DNA of 58,696 nt. It comes from Pseudomonadota bacterium. GTDB lineage: Bacteria > Pseudomonadota > Gammaproteobacteria > Steroidobacterales > Rariloculaceae. Below are positions 19,370 through 29,794 of this stretch, piece after piece. Below the pieces are notes generated by a model. It saw nothing but the letters and a program-made list of their open reading frames with translations. It made no database searches and was not told where the DNA came from. The stretch is from NCBI GenBank assembly GCA_036231525.1, contig JAZAGZ010000071.1, forward strand, positions 1-58,696. Reading direction: 5' to 3'. The first letter of the stretch is position 1. Each line of letters starts with the position of its first letter. A program made the position numbers and the translations under genes.

Positions 19370-20278
19370 ATGGGCGCATTACTGAATCCATTATTCTATG
19401 CCTCAAGTGGGGAGCCTCTTGGCTATATCCAACCAGACTCCTTAAGAGAAATCTGGTTTCACACCGGAACGGCGTGCAATCTAGCTTGTCCATTTTGCTT
19501 CGAAGGTTCTAAACCTGGTGACAATCGACTTGATCGAATAACGTTAGACGATGTACGACCGCTAATGGATGAAGCAAAATCCCTTGATGTTCAACAATTC
19601 TCTTTTACCGGTGGCGAACCCTTTATCGTAAAGGACTTCATCAATATTTTGAGTTACGCCTCAAGCTTAAATCCTTGCCTAGTACTCACGAACGGAACTG
19701 ATCCTGTACTGAGCCGTCTGCATCAAATTGAGCCCCTAATAAATTCATATCACCCAATCTCGTTCCGCATCAGTATCGATTATCCTAACGAAAAACGTCA
19801 CGACGCTTCTCGGGGGAAGGGAAGTTTCAAAAAATCCTGGAAAAGCCTTGAGTTACTGAAGAAACAGGGTTTCAAAGTTTCCGTCGCTCGTCAGATGGGA
19901 GTCGATGAAGATAGTGCCCGAGTAGATGGCGAATACCAAAAACTCTTTGCACAACATGGGGTACCAGTCGAGACAGCTATCGTCTCTTTCCCAGACTTTC
20001 TGGTACCCGGCTCTAATCCAGAGGTTCCCTTCATCACAGAACGTTGTATGACAACCTACCATACAAAAGAATCCCGCCAAGCATTCATGTGTTCCTTCTC
20101 GAAAATGGTGATCAAAAAAAATGGGCGGATGCGAGTCTACGCCTGCACTCTGGTTGATGATGATGAGTCTTATGATATAGGAGGAACTCTTAGAGAAAGC
20201 CTGGAGAAGAGAATTATGATGCGTCACCACCGTTGTTATAGCTGTTTTACATTCGGCTCCTCTTGCAGCGAGATTTAA
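19370..20278 (+). CDS. radical SAM enzyme with a Cys-rich C-terminal domain (ArsS/TIGR04167-like)
   Basis: CX3CX2C motif CNLACPFC, followed by the GGEP motif (FTGGEPF). The C-terminus is HHRCYSCFTFGSSCSEI. Starts 3 nt after the glycosyltransferase gene. Confidence 0.65.
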   Translation: MGALLNPLFYASSGEPLGYIQPDSLREIWFHTGTACNLACPFCFEGSKPGDNRLDRITLDDVRPLMDEAKSLDVQQFSFTGGEPFIVKDFINILSYASSLNPCLVLTNGTDPVLSRLHQIEPLINSYHPISFRISIDYPNEKRHDASRGKGSFKKSWKSLELLKKQGFKVSVARQMGVDEDSARVDGEYQKLFAQHGVPVETAIVSFPDFLVPGSNPEVPFITERCMTTYHTKESRQAFMCSFSKMVIKKNGRMRVYACTLVDDDESYDIGGTLRESLEKRIMMRHHRCYSCFTFGSSCSEI

Positions 20279-20488
20279 TTTTCAGCCTAACCGTATTTTT
20301 GCTCTGTACTGAAAATAAAACGAAGCTAGCTTTTGAACCAATTTTTGACGTAATGGATACATCCTTGAGATTTGAGCCACGCTGTAGTTGCTCAAGCATT
20401 CAAAAACCGTAGAGAACTTGCTCTAACTGCAACTTACAAATATGCTCCCTGGGCAAGCGCATCGAATCAGTGGCGAAGCCACCGTACC

Positions 20489-21580
20489 ATGGAAAACCAA
20501 ATCGAAACCCTTGCAGATCTTAGCCTACCCTGGGTTGAGTGGATCGGCCCGTACATCTGGCTACAAGCAGCGATAATTGTTGCCGTAGGCCTAGTACTCG
20601 CGTTGATTACCGAGCGCCTAGTCGTGGCCACCGTCGGTGAACTGGCAAACAGAACATCCAGCGCGATTGATGATGAAGTCATTGCCGCACTCAGACGACC
20701 ACTATTCCTAAGTATCTTCTTTATTGGTCTGGCTCTTGCAACCTATCGACTTGAGTTACCGACCACTCTGACGAGCATCACACTAGCGATTCTCGCCACA
20801 ATCACTGTACTAGTTTGGTTAGGATTCTGTATAAGGCTAGCCAGCGTTGTTCTCAAGATGCTCAGCCATGCACAAGGCAGGTATGAATTCGTACAACCGT
20901 CTACTCTACCTCTCTTCGATAACTCAGCTAAGCTCCTTCTATTCCTCAGCGCTCTTTATTTCATCTTTCTTGCGTGGGGAATCAATGTCAGCGCACTTAT
21001 CGCATCAGCAGGTATCGTCGGACTTGCGTTGAGTTTTGGTGCACAAGACGCTCTTTCAAACATCTTTGGCGGAATGTCTATCCTTGCAGATAGGCCTTAC
21101 AAGGTAGGTGATTTTATCAATCTCGACACAGGGGAACGAGGGCAAGTAACCCAGATCGGCCTGCGAAGCACGCGCCTCCTAACCCAAGATGATGTGGAAA
21201 TTAGCGTGCCAAACAGCGTAATGGGCAACGCAAAAATTATTAATGAGAGCGGCGGGCCCTATCAGAAATTCCGTATCAGAGTCAGCGTAGGTGTTGCTTA
21301 TGGTAGTGATATTGATAAGGTAGAGCAGATTTTGGTGGAAGTTGCCGAAGCACATCCAGAGATCTGTAAGACACCTACACCCAGGACGAGGTTCCGTGCC
21401 TTCGGCACCTCAAGCTTAGACTTTGAATTACTAGCCTGGGTTCAGGAACCAGTTTTGAGAGGGCGGTTAGAGCACGAACTAAACCGAGGCGTATACAAAG
21501 CATTCAATGACGCTGGAATAGTGATTCCGTTTCCCCAGCAGGACATTCACATTAAAAACCCAAGCAAATTGACCGGTTAG
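20489..21580 (+). CDS. small-conductance mechanosensitive channel (MscS family)
   Basis: TM helices followed by NIFGGMSILADRPYKVGDFI, GQVTQIGLRSTRLLTQDDVEISVPNS and a C-terminal alpha/beta domain. I prefer the ATG at 20489 (MENQIETL) over the TTG at 20372. Confidence 0.85.
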   Translation: MENQIETLADLSLPWVEWIGPYIWLQAAIIVAVGLVLALITERLVVATVGELANRTSSAIDDEVIAALRRPLFLSIFFIGLALATYRLELPTTLTSITLAILATITVLVWLGFCIRLASVVLKMLSHAQGRYEFVQPSTLPLFDNSAKLLLFLSALYFIFLAWGINVSALIASAGIVGLALSFGAQDALSNIFGGMSILADRPYKVGDFINLDTGERGQVTQIGLRSTRLLTQDDVEISVPNSVMGNAKIINESGGPYQKFRIRVSVGVAYGSDIDKVEQILVEVAEAHPEICKTPTPRTRFRAFGTSSLDFELLAWVQEPVLRGRLEHELNRGVYKAFNDAGIVIPFPQQDIHIKNPSKLTG

Positions 21581-21715
21581 CATATTCCCGGCTGAGCATG
21601 AAATGAGTATATCTATTTGTTATTTATATACTTTTTTAATCCTGACAGTAATTCAATAAGTTTAGAGACGAATAAAGAAATCGCTCTAACTATTTTGTGA
21701 CGATAGAATCTCATC

Positions 21716-21979
21716 ATGGAAATTTGTCACGCCCACAACCTTAATCAAAAGACAACTGGCGCAAAGCCTTATGGTATCCGTGTAAGTCTCCCCCCAAGCG
21801 ATACATTTATGCACTTACTCGAAACAAACTGGGAACGACTCCACTGGTTTGAAACCAAAAGAGAGAGAGATCAGGTGTTGGAAGATATGGCCAGTGAACA
21901 TCTCTATTCCCGCCAGGGTGATCGACCTCGGATGATTTTCGAAGCCGTGGAAGCGCCTAAACAGTCGGATTCCGACTGA
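21716..21979 (+). CDS. hypothetical protein (87 aa)
   Basis: ORF preceded by a 135-nt AT-rich spacer. No motif I recognise. Acidic C-terminus. Confidence 0.4.
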   Translation: MEICHAHNLNQKTTGAKPYGIRVSLPPSDTFMHLLETNWERLHWFETKRERDQVLEDMASEHLYSRQGDRPRMIFEAVEAPKQSDSD

Positions 21980-22050
21980 GTCACTCGTATAATACCCGCC
22001 CTCCGCACTGGAACTCTGGGAAATCCTCTGCCCTGCTTGGAGAAATAAGA

Positions 22051-23439
22051 ATGCTCGATCTGATGAAGATTGCCCGAACCGAGGCTGATGGTGGAGACCT
22101 GTTTGGACACCTCCAAGGACTGTTCGAGTCTTCCGATGTCCGGCCCACGGGTTACCCGGATGCGGTGATCTGGAAAGGTGGTCGGCACTGTGGAACAGTA
22201 AACCCAGTCGCCCATTCGCTAACTGATGCTTACGCGTTACTCGGCACTATTGCTGCAATCGATATTCTTGGGCTTCCTTTTTATGCGGTCCCTATGTGGG
22301 CACAGTATCGCCATGACACTGAACTCGCTCCCCTAAGCTGGTTTGGAAAGATGCCGTGCACTTCAATCAAATGGTCAACTGCTGGTGACGCATACGTCAA
22401 CGATTCAAGTGGCAAGAAAGTCGTGGTGATGGGGAAATCCGGAAATGCGCCGCTTAGAACACAGGCGGGAGTTTACTGTAACGTGCGTCCCTATGGACGA
22501 ACAACCGTAGTACGTTGCATGCCTTGCCTTCCCTATTCCCAAGACAAGGCCTTGTTCGATGTCAACCCAGAGACCGGCATCATACACAGCGAGATGAACA
22601 CGCCCGGTATACAAATGGCTTACGCTAACCGACGTTTTCTGCAAATGGTTCACGAAACCGGCAAAATCGGGCGAGTCGCTTTCAAACCAACTCAGGCACA
22701 GGAGGACGGTATCAACGCTGGACTCCTATCATGGATGCTGGAGGGAACTAAGTTCGAGGTTGGCCGCAAGTATGCGGTGGACGGCTACGTTGAACATCGC
22801 GAGCTGGTCGATCGAATCATTAACTTACTGCCCAAAGATTTTAAAAATGGTATGGAGGAGTGGGGCGGTCGGATTGAACAGCATATCTCCGATACCAACT
22901 ATGGAATTCTGATCTGGGATCTTATTCAAAACCAAGATGTCGTTATCTTGGCGACAGACCTTGATGGCGACCGGCTCACAGATCTACTTGCCGACGTGTC
23001 AGACCCACTCCGTGCATTTGCAAAAAAGGTAGCAGAATATATCGCTGAGGGCTTTTTGGACGAGGTTGATTCAACTGCTGACGACCTGTGGAGAGATATG
23101 GGCTACACGACAGGAAACGGCCGTGATATGACATCAGTCATGTACCGCATGGAGGGGCCCCCAATCCATGAGCAAACCCTTGGATCTGCAGATGCCATGC
23201 TCTTAAGGCTACTTGATGGTGATGAATCAATGGGGGGAACAAAACGCCCCTATGACCCACGCATCCACTTCGTCCTCATACGTGATGCCTATAAAGATGC
23301 CAATCCTGACAACAAAGCACTTCATACTTGGCTGGATAAAGCGCTCATAACTTTTGATGATGTATACGCTGGGGAACGACCAGATTTCCTCCAGGGCTAC
23401 GCAAAACTGAAGGAAGTGATTGCCCCCTGGGGGGGATGA
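22051..23439 (+). CDS. hypothetical protein (462 aa), soluble, no recognised domain
   Basis: Long uninterrupted ORF with ordinary amino-acid composition. No signal peptide or TM helix. No catalytic motif that I can name. Confidence 0.6.
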   Translation: MLDLMKIARTEADGGDLFGHLQGLFESSDVRPTGYPDAVIWKGGRHCGTVNPVAHSLTDAYALLGTIAAIDILGLPFYAVPMWAQYRHDTELAPLSWFGKMPCTSIKWSTAGDAYVNDSSGKKVVVMGKSGNAPLRTQAGVYCNVRPYGRTTVVRCMPCLPYSQDKALFDVNPETGIIHSEMNTPGIQMAYANRRFLQMVHETGKIGRVAFKPTQAQEDGINAGLLSWMLEGTKFEVGRKYAVDGYVEHRELVDRIINLLPKDFKNGMEEWGGRIEQHISDTNYGILIWDLIQNQDVVILATDLDGDRLTDLLADVSDPLRAFAKKVAEYIAEGFLDEVDSTADDLWRDMGYTTGNGRDMTSVMYRMEGPPIHEQTLGSADAMLLRLLDGDESMGGTKRPYDPRIHFVLIRDAYKDANPDNKALHTWLDKALITFDDVYAGERPDFLQGYAKLKEVIAPWGG

Positions 23440-23506
23440 TGAACAGCGGAGTGGCTTTGCGATAGCCCCCTTACAAAATGGAACTTTGACGAATGGACTT
23501 GGCTAA

Positions 23507-24796
23507 CTACCGCGGTCGGGTCTGCCCACTACCCCTAACAACGTATTTGTAACTGGTTAGTTGCTCAGCCCCGACCGGTCCGCGTGCGTGAATGCGCCCG
23601 GTAGCAATGCCGATCTCAGCTCCCATGCCAAATTCCCCACCATCCGCATACTGCGTCGATGCATTATGGAGGAGTATTGCACTGTCAAGTTCGTTCAGGA
23701 ACCGATCTGCTGCCGCATCATCCTCAGCAAGAATTGCTTCAGTATGACCAGAGCCGTGCCGCCGTATGTGAGCCATGGCTTCATCTAGGTCCTCAACCAC
23801 CCGAACAGCGATTATCGCCTCAAGATACTCCATGCCCCAATCAGCATCCTCAGCATGCTTGACACGCGCATCGACCTTCTTAGCAATCTCATCACCACGG
23901 ACCTCGCATCCTGCTTCTAGCAAATCACTAATTAAAGGCGCGAGGTGAGAATCGCTAACAGCACGGTCTACTAACAACGTCTCCGTTGCTCCACAGATTC
24001 CTGTTCGCCGCATTTTTGCGTTGACTACAACGTCTCGAGCCATTTCGAGATCAGCCGAAGCATGAACATAAGTGTGGCAGATCCCTTCTAGATGACCCAT
24101 CACTGGCGCGCGGGCATCCTTCTGTACCCTTGAGATAAGACTCTTGCCACCACGGGGAACAATCACATCCACAAACTCGGACATATCGCGTAAGAGGATA
24201 CCAACCGCCTCGCGATCTTGGGTGGGCACACGTTGAACTGCTGTCTCGGGCAACCCAGCTGCTGAAAGCCCCTGGACTAAGCACGAGTGAATAGCTGTAT
24301 TTGATCGCGTAGCCTCCGAGCCCCCTCGAAGAATCACAGCGTTCCCACTCTTCAAACAGAGCGCGCCAGCGTCGCTGGTCACATTCGGGCGACTCTCGTA
24401 AATAATTCCAATCACACCGAGAGGCACACGAACCCGCTGAATTTTCAGCCCATTCGGTCGAGCCCACTCATCTACAACACTCCCAACAGGATCGGGAAAG
24501 CTCGCGATACTTTCGACCCCCTGAGCCATCGCGGCCACACGACCCGCGTCGAGTGCCAATCGATCTAGTAAAGCGCTCGATAGTTTACGCTTTGTAGCCC
24601 GCTCCATATCCGCAGCGTTAGCCTCAAGGATTGTGCTAACTGAATCACGCATCGCGTCAGCCGCAAACATGAGCGCACTGGTTTTAGTCCTAGCATCGAC
24701 TCGCGTCAGCTTGTCCGCCGCGTTTCGAGCCGCATGCCCTAACAGTCGCATCCGCTGATGGAGATCTTCTGAAACTTGTTTTTCGGTGGAAGACAT
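23507..24796 (-). CDS. proA: glutamate-5-semialdehyde dehydrogenase
   Basis: 429 aa. Aldehyde dehydrogenase fold with catalytic Cys in [13 protein letters not shown]. One-nt overlap with the proB stop at 24796. Confidence 0.9.
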   Translation of the reverse strand: MSSTEKQVSEDLHQRMRLLGHAARNAADKLTRVDARTKTSALMFAADAMRDSVSTILEANAADMERATKRKLSSALLDRLALDAGRVAAMAQGVESIASFPDPVGSVVDEWARPNGLKIQRVRVPLGVIGIIYESRPNVTSDAGALCLKSGNAVILRGGSEATRSNTAIHSCLVQGLSAAGLPETAVQRVPTQDREAVGILLRDMSEFVDVIVPRGGKSLISRVQKDARAPVMGHLEGICHTYVHASADLEMARDVVVNAKMRRTGICGATETLLVDRAVSDSHLAPLISDLLEAGCEVRGDEIAKKVDARVKHAEDADWGMEYLEAIIAVRVVEDLDEAMAHIRRHGSGHTEAILAEDDAAADRFLNELDSAILLHNASTQYADGGEFGMGAEIGIATGRIHARGPVGAEQLTSYKYVVRGSGQTRPR

Positions 24797-25944
24797 CAGT
24801 CACTCCCATCGCTTGTTAATGCCAGGTCATCTCGATGGATAAGTTCATCCCGACCACGATAGCCCAAAATATCTACGATGGCACTCGAACGCCGCCCTAC
24901 AATGGCGCGAGCTTCATCTGCAGGATAGGAAATGAGTCCTCGCCCTAACTCCATCCCTGACTGATCCTTAACCCTGACCGCCTCACCACGCTCGAACTGG
25001 CCGCTCACATCCGTCACACCAGCGGGCAAGAGGCTTCGACCAGAAATCAAGGCGCTCTTAGCACCGTCATCAATAGTAATAGTCCCGCGAGGCTTAAGTG
25101 TGCCCGCGATCCATTGTTTGCGCGCAGTCTGAGGATTCGAACTCGGTAAAAACCACGTGGCGAGCGCCCCATCCTGAAGAATCTTGATCGGATGCTCCAC
25201 ACGTCCCGAGGTAATCAACATCCGGCACCCAGCACCCATAGCAATTTGAGCAGCATCAAGCTTGGTACGCATCCCACCAGAACCGTGATCGGAGCCTGGC
25301 CCCCCTGCCATCTCCCAGTGCTCCCCGCTAAGTTCGGTCACCTCTTGAATATGTTCGGCACCAGCATCAATATTTGGGTCGGCCGTATAGAGCCCATCAA
25401 CATCCGAGAGAAGAATAAGACAGTCGGCGCTCACCATCTGCGCTACGCGAGCAGCAAGCCGATCATTATCGCCATAGCGAATCTCCTGGGTTGCAATAGT
25501 ATCGTTCTCGTTTACCACAGGAACAGCGCCGCGCCTCAAAAGCGTAAATAGAGTATTTGCAGCATTCAGATACCGTCGCCGATTTTCACTGTCATCCAGT
25601 GTCAGAAGCACCTGCGCGGCCGTAATCCCATGAGCATCAAGCATCTCCTGGTAGGCATGAGCAAGTTGAATCTGTCCCGCTGCCGCTGCCGCCTGATTCT
25701 CTTCCAGTCGTGCACGTGTTGGGTCAATGCCCAGATGACCCGCTCCCAATGCGATCGCTCCGGAAGATACGATCACAACCTCCTGCCCACTAGTGCGCAT
25801 AGCCGCTACATCCGCACACAACGCGTCAAGCCATCTGCGTTGCAGGGAGCCCGTTTGTTTCTCCACAATCAGCGTCGAGCCAATTTTAAGGACAACGCGA
25901 CGTGCCTGCGCAAGGCGCTCGGAATTAAGGGTTCGGGAAGCCAT
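24796..25944 (-). CDS. proB: glutamate 5-kinase (with PUA domain)
   Basis: 382 aa. [11 protein letters not shown] amino-acid-kinase N-terminus, NENDTIAT, and a C-terminal PUA-like segment [13 protein letters not shown]...[15 protein letters not shown]. Confidence 0.9.
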   Translation of the reverse strand: MASRTLNSERLAQARRVVLKIGSTLIVEKQTGSLQRRWLDALCADVAAMRTSGQEVVIVSSGAIALGAGHLGIDPTRARLEENQAAAAAGQIQLAHAYQEMLDAHGITAAQVLLTLDDSENRRRYLNAANTLFTLLRRGAVPVVNENDTIATQEIRYGDNDRLAARVAQMVSADCLILLSDVDGLYTADPNIDAGAEHIQEVTELSGEHWEMAGGPGSDHGSGGMRTKLDAAQIAMGAGCRMLITSGRVEHPIKILQDGALATWFLPSSNPQTARKQWIAGTLKPRGTITIDDGAKSALISGRSLLPAGVTDVSGQFERGEAVRVKDQSGMELGRGLISYPADEARAIVGRRSSAIVDILGYRGRDELIHRDDLALTSDGSD

Positions 25945-25967
25945 GCATTCTACTCTGAACTTGACGA

Positions 25968-26468
25968 CTAGGTTGGTGTCAGAACTGGCGCGCCCCGGGC
26001 CACTGCCATTGCACCACTGCGCACAACCGTGAGTATCGCGACCTGATTCGGGAAACTGACCATGAAACGGTCGATCTCGCCGCTATCTCCGATGAGTTCG
26101 ACCGTAAAGTGTCCTTCATGGTCGTCTAGTATTCGAGCACCAAACTCCTTAGTTAGTTCGACCAGCGTTTCTTGGTCATCTACGGATAGCTCAAGCTTAA
26201 ACAATGCAAACTCGCGCTCAATATGGTCGCCGTCCGTCATGTCAACGATATTCACAACGTCGATGAGCTTTCCAAGCTGTTTTGAGATTTGGTCGATAAC
26301 TTCGTCCGAGCCCGTGGTCACAAGTGTCAGCCGGGATACAGTTTCATCATGGGTCGGTGCAACATTCAAACTCTCAATGTTATAGCCGCGCGAAGAAAAC
26401 AAATTAGCGACACGAGCCAAAGCGCCCGCTTCGTTCTGTAGCAGAATTGAAATTATATGCCGCATCAT
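25968..26468 (-). CDS. ilvH: acetolactate synthase small (regulatory) subunit
   Basis: MRHIISILLQNEAGALARVANLFSSRGYNIESLNVAPTHDETVSRLTLVT is nearly collinear with E. coli IlvH. The start is at one of two adjacent ATGs (26468 or 26465). Confidence 0.9.
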   Translation of the reverse strand: MMRHIISILLQNEAGALARVANLFSSRGYNIESLNVAPTHDETVSRLTLVTTGSDEVIDQISKQLGKLIDVVNIVDMTDGDHIEREFALFKLELSVDDQETLVELTKEFGARILDDHEGHFTVELIGDSGEIDRFMVSFPNQVAILTVVRSGAMAVARGAPVLTPT

Positions 26469-26587
26469 GTCACCGATTTCCACAGCAGAGTGTGGGCCTT
26501 AGCTGGGAATGTTGGCGCAGAACAATAGCTATTGCAATGCACAACCTTTTCATCAACACTCGGACGGCCGATTGGAATCACTAAGCC

Positions 26588-28438
26588 ATGAAGACCCAGA
26601 CTCAAACTAAACCGACCCAGCCTCATCCGCTGTCTGGCACCGAGATGAGCGGCGCGGAAATGATCGTGCAAATACTTGCAGATCAGGGTGTTGATACGGT
26701 TTTCGGTTACAGCGGCGGCGCGATTCTACCTACCTACGACGCAGTATTCAGGTACAACGAGCAAAATGCCCAAGATGGTGAAGACGCGATGTCGCTGATT
26801 GTTCCAGCTAACGAACAAGGTGCATGCTTTATGGCGTCAGGTTATGCCCGAGCCACAGGCCGCGTCGGTGTTGTTATCGTGACATCTGGCCCGGGAGCTA
26901 CGAATTGCGTCACACCAGTCCGGGACTGTATTGCGGACTCTATCCCCATAGTCGTGATCTCCGGACAGGTGGCAACATCCTCCATCGGTACGGATGCCTT
27001 TCAGGAGGCCCCTGTCAGCGGTGTCATGGGATCAGTAGCCAAACATGTTTTTCTGGTCACTGACCCCGAGCGTCTCGAAACGACAATGCGTTCAGCCATA
27101 GAGATCGCCCAATCTGGACGACCCGGACCTGTCGTAGTGGACGTCCCAAAGGATGTCCAGAATTGGCTTGGAACCTATCGCGGCGAAGGCCTTCTACCTG
27201 TCCCCGGTTACCGACATCGAATCCAGATAATTCGGGACAACAGCATGACCGAAGAACGCTGCGCAGAATTCTTTGCTCTTTTAGGTAAAAGCAAGCGGCC
27301 TCTGATCTATGCAGGAGGAGGCGTAATCAATGCCAATGCGGCGAAAGCGATGAGTGCATTTGCACAAACATACAAGATCCCCGTGGTGACAACACTTATG
27401 GGTCTCGGCAGTTTCGACACCACCGAATCACTCGCGCTGCACATGCTCGGCATGCACGGTACGGCCTACGCAAACTATGCGGTGGATGACTGTGATCTAT
27501 TAATTGCTCTAGGAAGCCGTTTCGACGATCGTGTCGCAGGCGACCCATCAAAATTTGCAAGACACGCCAAATGCATTATGCACTTTGATATTGATCCGTC
27601 AGAAATTCACAAGGTCAAACCAGCGGATTGGTACTATATTGGTTCACTGGCGCCCGCCTTAAAAGAGTTAACCGATCATGGCAAACGTACTGGCTTCTCA
27701 AATAACTGTGATGAATGGCACGCTGATCTTCAGGAACTAAAGACCACATATGCTCTCAATTACGACAGGGCCAGCGAACTCATTCAACCTAACTATGTAA
27801 TCGAAACTATAAATAAAATCACCAAGGGTAAGGCCATTATTTCGACCGGTGTGGGACAACATCAAATGTGGGCTGCACAATATTTTGATTTCCGAGAACC
27901 CCGCCTATGGATGACTTCCGGAAGCATGGGAACTATGGGTTTTGGATTACCTGCCGCAATTGGCGCCCAATTTGGTCGTCCTGACAGGCTTGTTATTGAT
28001 GTCGACGGAGATGCCAGCATCCGGATGAACCTTGGAGAACTGGAGACGGTGACTACTTACGGGCTCCCGATCAAGGTACTCATACTCAACAACTATGGCG
28101 ATGGCATGGTGATGCAGTGGCAACGACTTTTCTTCAAAGGAAGACTCTCAGGCAGTGATAAGTCATTGCGCAAGAAGAATTTCGTTGAAACTGCCCGGGC
28201 AGACGGCTTTGAGTACGCTGAGAGGCTCAACCGAAAGCAAGATGTACCAAAAATGCTCAAGGACTTCTTGAGCTTTGATGGCCCAGCATTCCTCGAGGTA
28301 ATAATTGATCCCGAAGCTAACGTCTATCCCATGGTGCCACCGGGCATGTCTTATCAGGACATGATCACAGGAGACTTTATACCGAATCGGTATGACGGTC
28401 GTGAAGCTGTTGAACCAGATGCATCCGAGCTATTCTAA
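26588..28438 (+). CDS. ilvI: acetolactate synthase large (catalytic) subunit, biosynthetic type
   Basis: 616 aa TPP enzyme. GAEMIVQILADQGVDTVFGYSGGAILP, VTSGPGATN, GQV..IGTDAFQE, and the TPP motif GDASIRMNLGELETV...NN. An alternative start lies at 26645. Confidence 0.9.
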   Translation: MKTQTQTKPTQPHPLSGTEMSGAEMIVQILADQGVDTVFGYSGGAILPTYDAVFRYNEQNAQDGEDAMSLIVPANEQGACFMASGYARATGRVGVVIVTSGPGATNCVTPVRDCIADSIPIVVISGQVATSSIGTDAFQEAPVSGVMGSVAKHVFLVTDPERLETTMRSAIEIAQSGRPGPVVVDVPKDVQNWLGTYRGEGLLPVPGYRHRIQIIRDNSMTEERCAEFFALLGKSKRPLIYAGGGVINANAAKAMSAFAQTYKIPVVTTLMGLGSFDTTESLALHMLGMHGTAYANYAVDDCDLLIALGSRFDDRVAGDPSKFARHAKCIMHFDIDPSEIHKVKPADWYYIGSLAPALKELTDHGKRTGFSNNCDEWHADLQELKTTYALNYDRASELIQPNYVIETINKITKGKAIISTGVGQHQMWAAQYFDFREPRLWMTSGSMGTMGFGLPAAIGAQFGRPDRLVIDVDGDASIRMNLGELETVTTYGLPIKVLILNNYGDGMVMQWQRLFFKGRLSGSDKSLRKKNFVETARADGFEYAERLNRKQDVPKMLKDFLSFDGPAFLEVIIDPEANVYPMVPPGMSYQDMITGDFIPNRYDGREAVEPDASELF

Positions 28439-28461
28439 AGCTTCTGCAACTCCCTTCTAAA

Positions 28462-29706
28462 CTAACCTGCCCAAACCTTCACAACTCGATTGACAGCCTC
28501 GATTAACTGCTCCAGGTCACTCGAATTAATGGTAAGCGCCGGCATTAGATATACCACATCTCCGAACGGGCGTACCCAAACACCTTCAGCAATAAAGCGC
28601 TCTCGCAAGATATTTACGTCCGGGGGGCGTGCAAGCTGCACCACTCCAATTGCCCCTTTGACCCGCACATCCCGGACTCCCGACAACCCGCTGCAACCGG
28701 CCAATCCCTCTAATAGCTGATCTTCGATTGCAGCAACTTGAACAATCCGTGGTTCTTGCTCGAAAAGATCCAATGAAGCATTGGCTGCTGCACACGCTAA
28801 AGGGTTGCCGCAAAATGTCGGACCATGCATGAGTGCTTGCTCATAGGTATCTGCCAGGAAAGCCTCATAGACCCTTTGCGTAGCAACAGTTGCCGCTAGC
28901 GGAACAGTGCCGCCGGTTAAGGCCTTAGATAGTGTCATGATGTCAGGCTCAACGGATGCCTGTTCACAAGCAAAAAGAGTCCCTGTACGTCCAAAACCGG
29001 TCGCAATCTCATCCAAAATCAACAATACATCATTGCGCCGTGCTACTTCGGCGATACCAGCTAGCATTTCTGGATCATGAAACTTCATGCCAGCAGCAGC
29101 CTGGACCAGTGGTTCTAGAATAATTCCTGCCAACACGCTTGCGTTTTTTTTGACGGTGCGCGCGAACGCATTTAATCCCTCTTCACTGCGCGGCAGATCG
29201 AGGATAATCTGCTCGGCCAATACCCCCTTAAACAAGCGATGCATCCCATCTTCCGGGTCGCAGACCGACATAGCTGCAAATGTGTCGCCATGGTAACCAT
29301 CTCGAAAACTCAAGAAGCGAGTACGGTTGGCCACGCCCTGATTGATCCAAAACTGCAGCGCCATCTTCATAGCAACCTCAACAGCAACCGAACCGGATTC
29401 TGAATAGAATACGTGGTGCAATGCACCAGGAAGCATTCCAGTTAACCTATTAGTGAGGTTCAGAACGGGCTCATGCACCAACCCTCCTAGCATAATGTGA
29501 GGCATGGATTCGAGCTGCTCCGTGACTGCTTGACGAATGTGGGGGTGGTTATATCCGTGACAAGCCGTCCACCATGAAGCCATACCGTCGATCAGAGTAC
29601 GTCCATCGTGTAGGTGGATGCGCACACCCTCCGTCCGCACAGCAATTTGTGGTTTCGGCGCTGTGTGCATCTGACAATAGGGCAACCAAAGCTGAGATAC
29701 GCTCAT
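28462..29706 (-). CDS. bioA: adenosylmethionine-8-amino-7-oxononanoate aminotransferase
   Basis: Class-III aminotransferase. LIDGMASWWTACHGYNHP, LILDEIATGFGRTG, and PLP-Lys in IMTLSKALTGG. I prefer the ATG at 29706 (MSVSQLWLPY). Confidence 0.9.
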   Translation of the reverse strand: MSVSQLWLPYCQMHTAPKPQIAVRTEGVRIHLHDGRTLIDGMASWWTACHGYNHPHIRQAVTEQLESMPHIMLGGLVHEPVLNLTNRLTGMLPGALHHVFYSESGSVAVEVAMKMALQFWINQGVANRTRFLSFRDGYHGDTFAAMSVCDPEDGMHRLFKGVLAEQIILDLPRSEEGLNAFARTVKKNASVLAGIILEPLVQAAAGMKFHDPEMLAGIAEVARRNDVLLILDEIATGFGRTGTLFACEQASVEPDIMTLSKALTGGTVPLAATVATQRVYEAFLADTYEQALMHGPTFCGNPLACAAANASLDLFEQEPRIVQVAAIEDQLLEGLAGCSGLSGVRDVRVKGAIGVVQLARPPDVNILRERFIAEGVWVRPFGDVVYLMPALTINSSDLEQLIEAVNRVVKVWAG

Positions 29707-29794
29707 CAGATCGGTCCTTATCCAATACTGTGTGCCATCAATACTAACGGACTCTGGGTATACTCGCGGACTATCTATTCCATCCGGCAATAAA

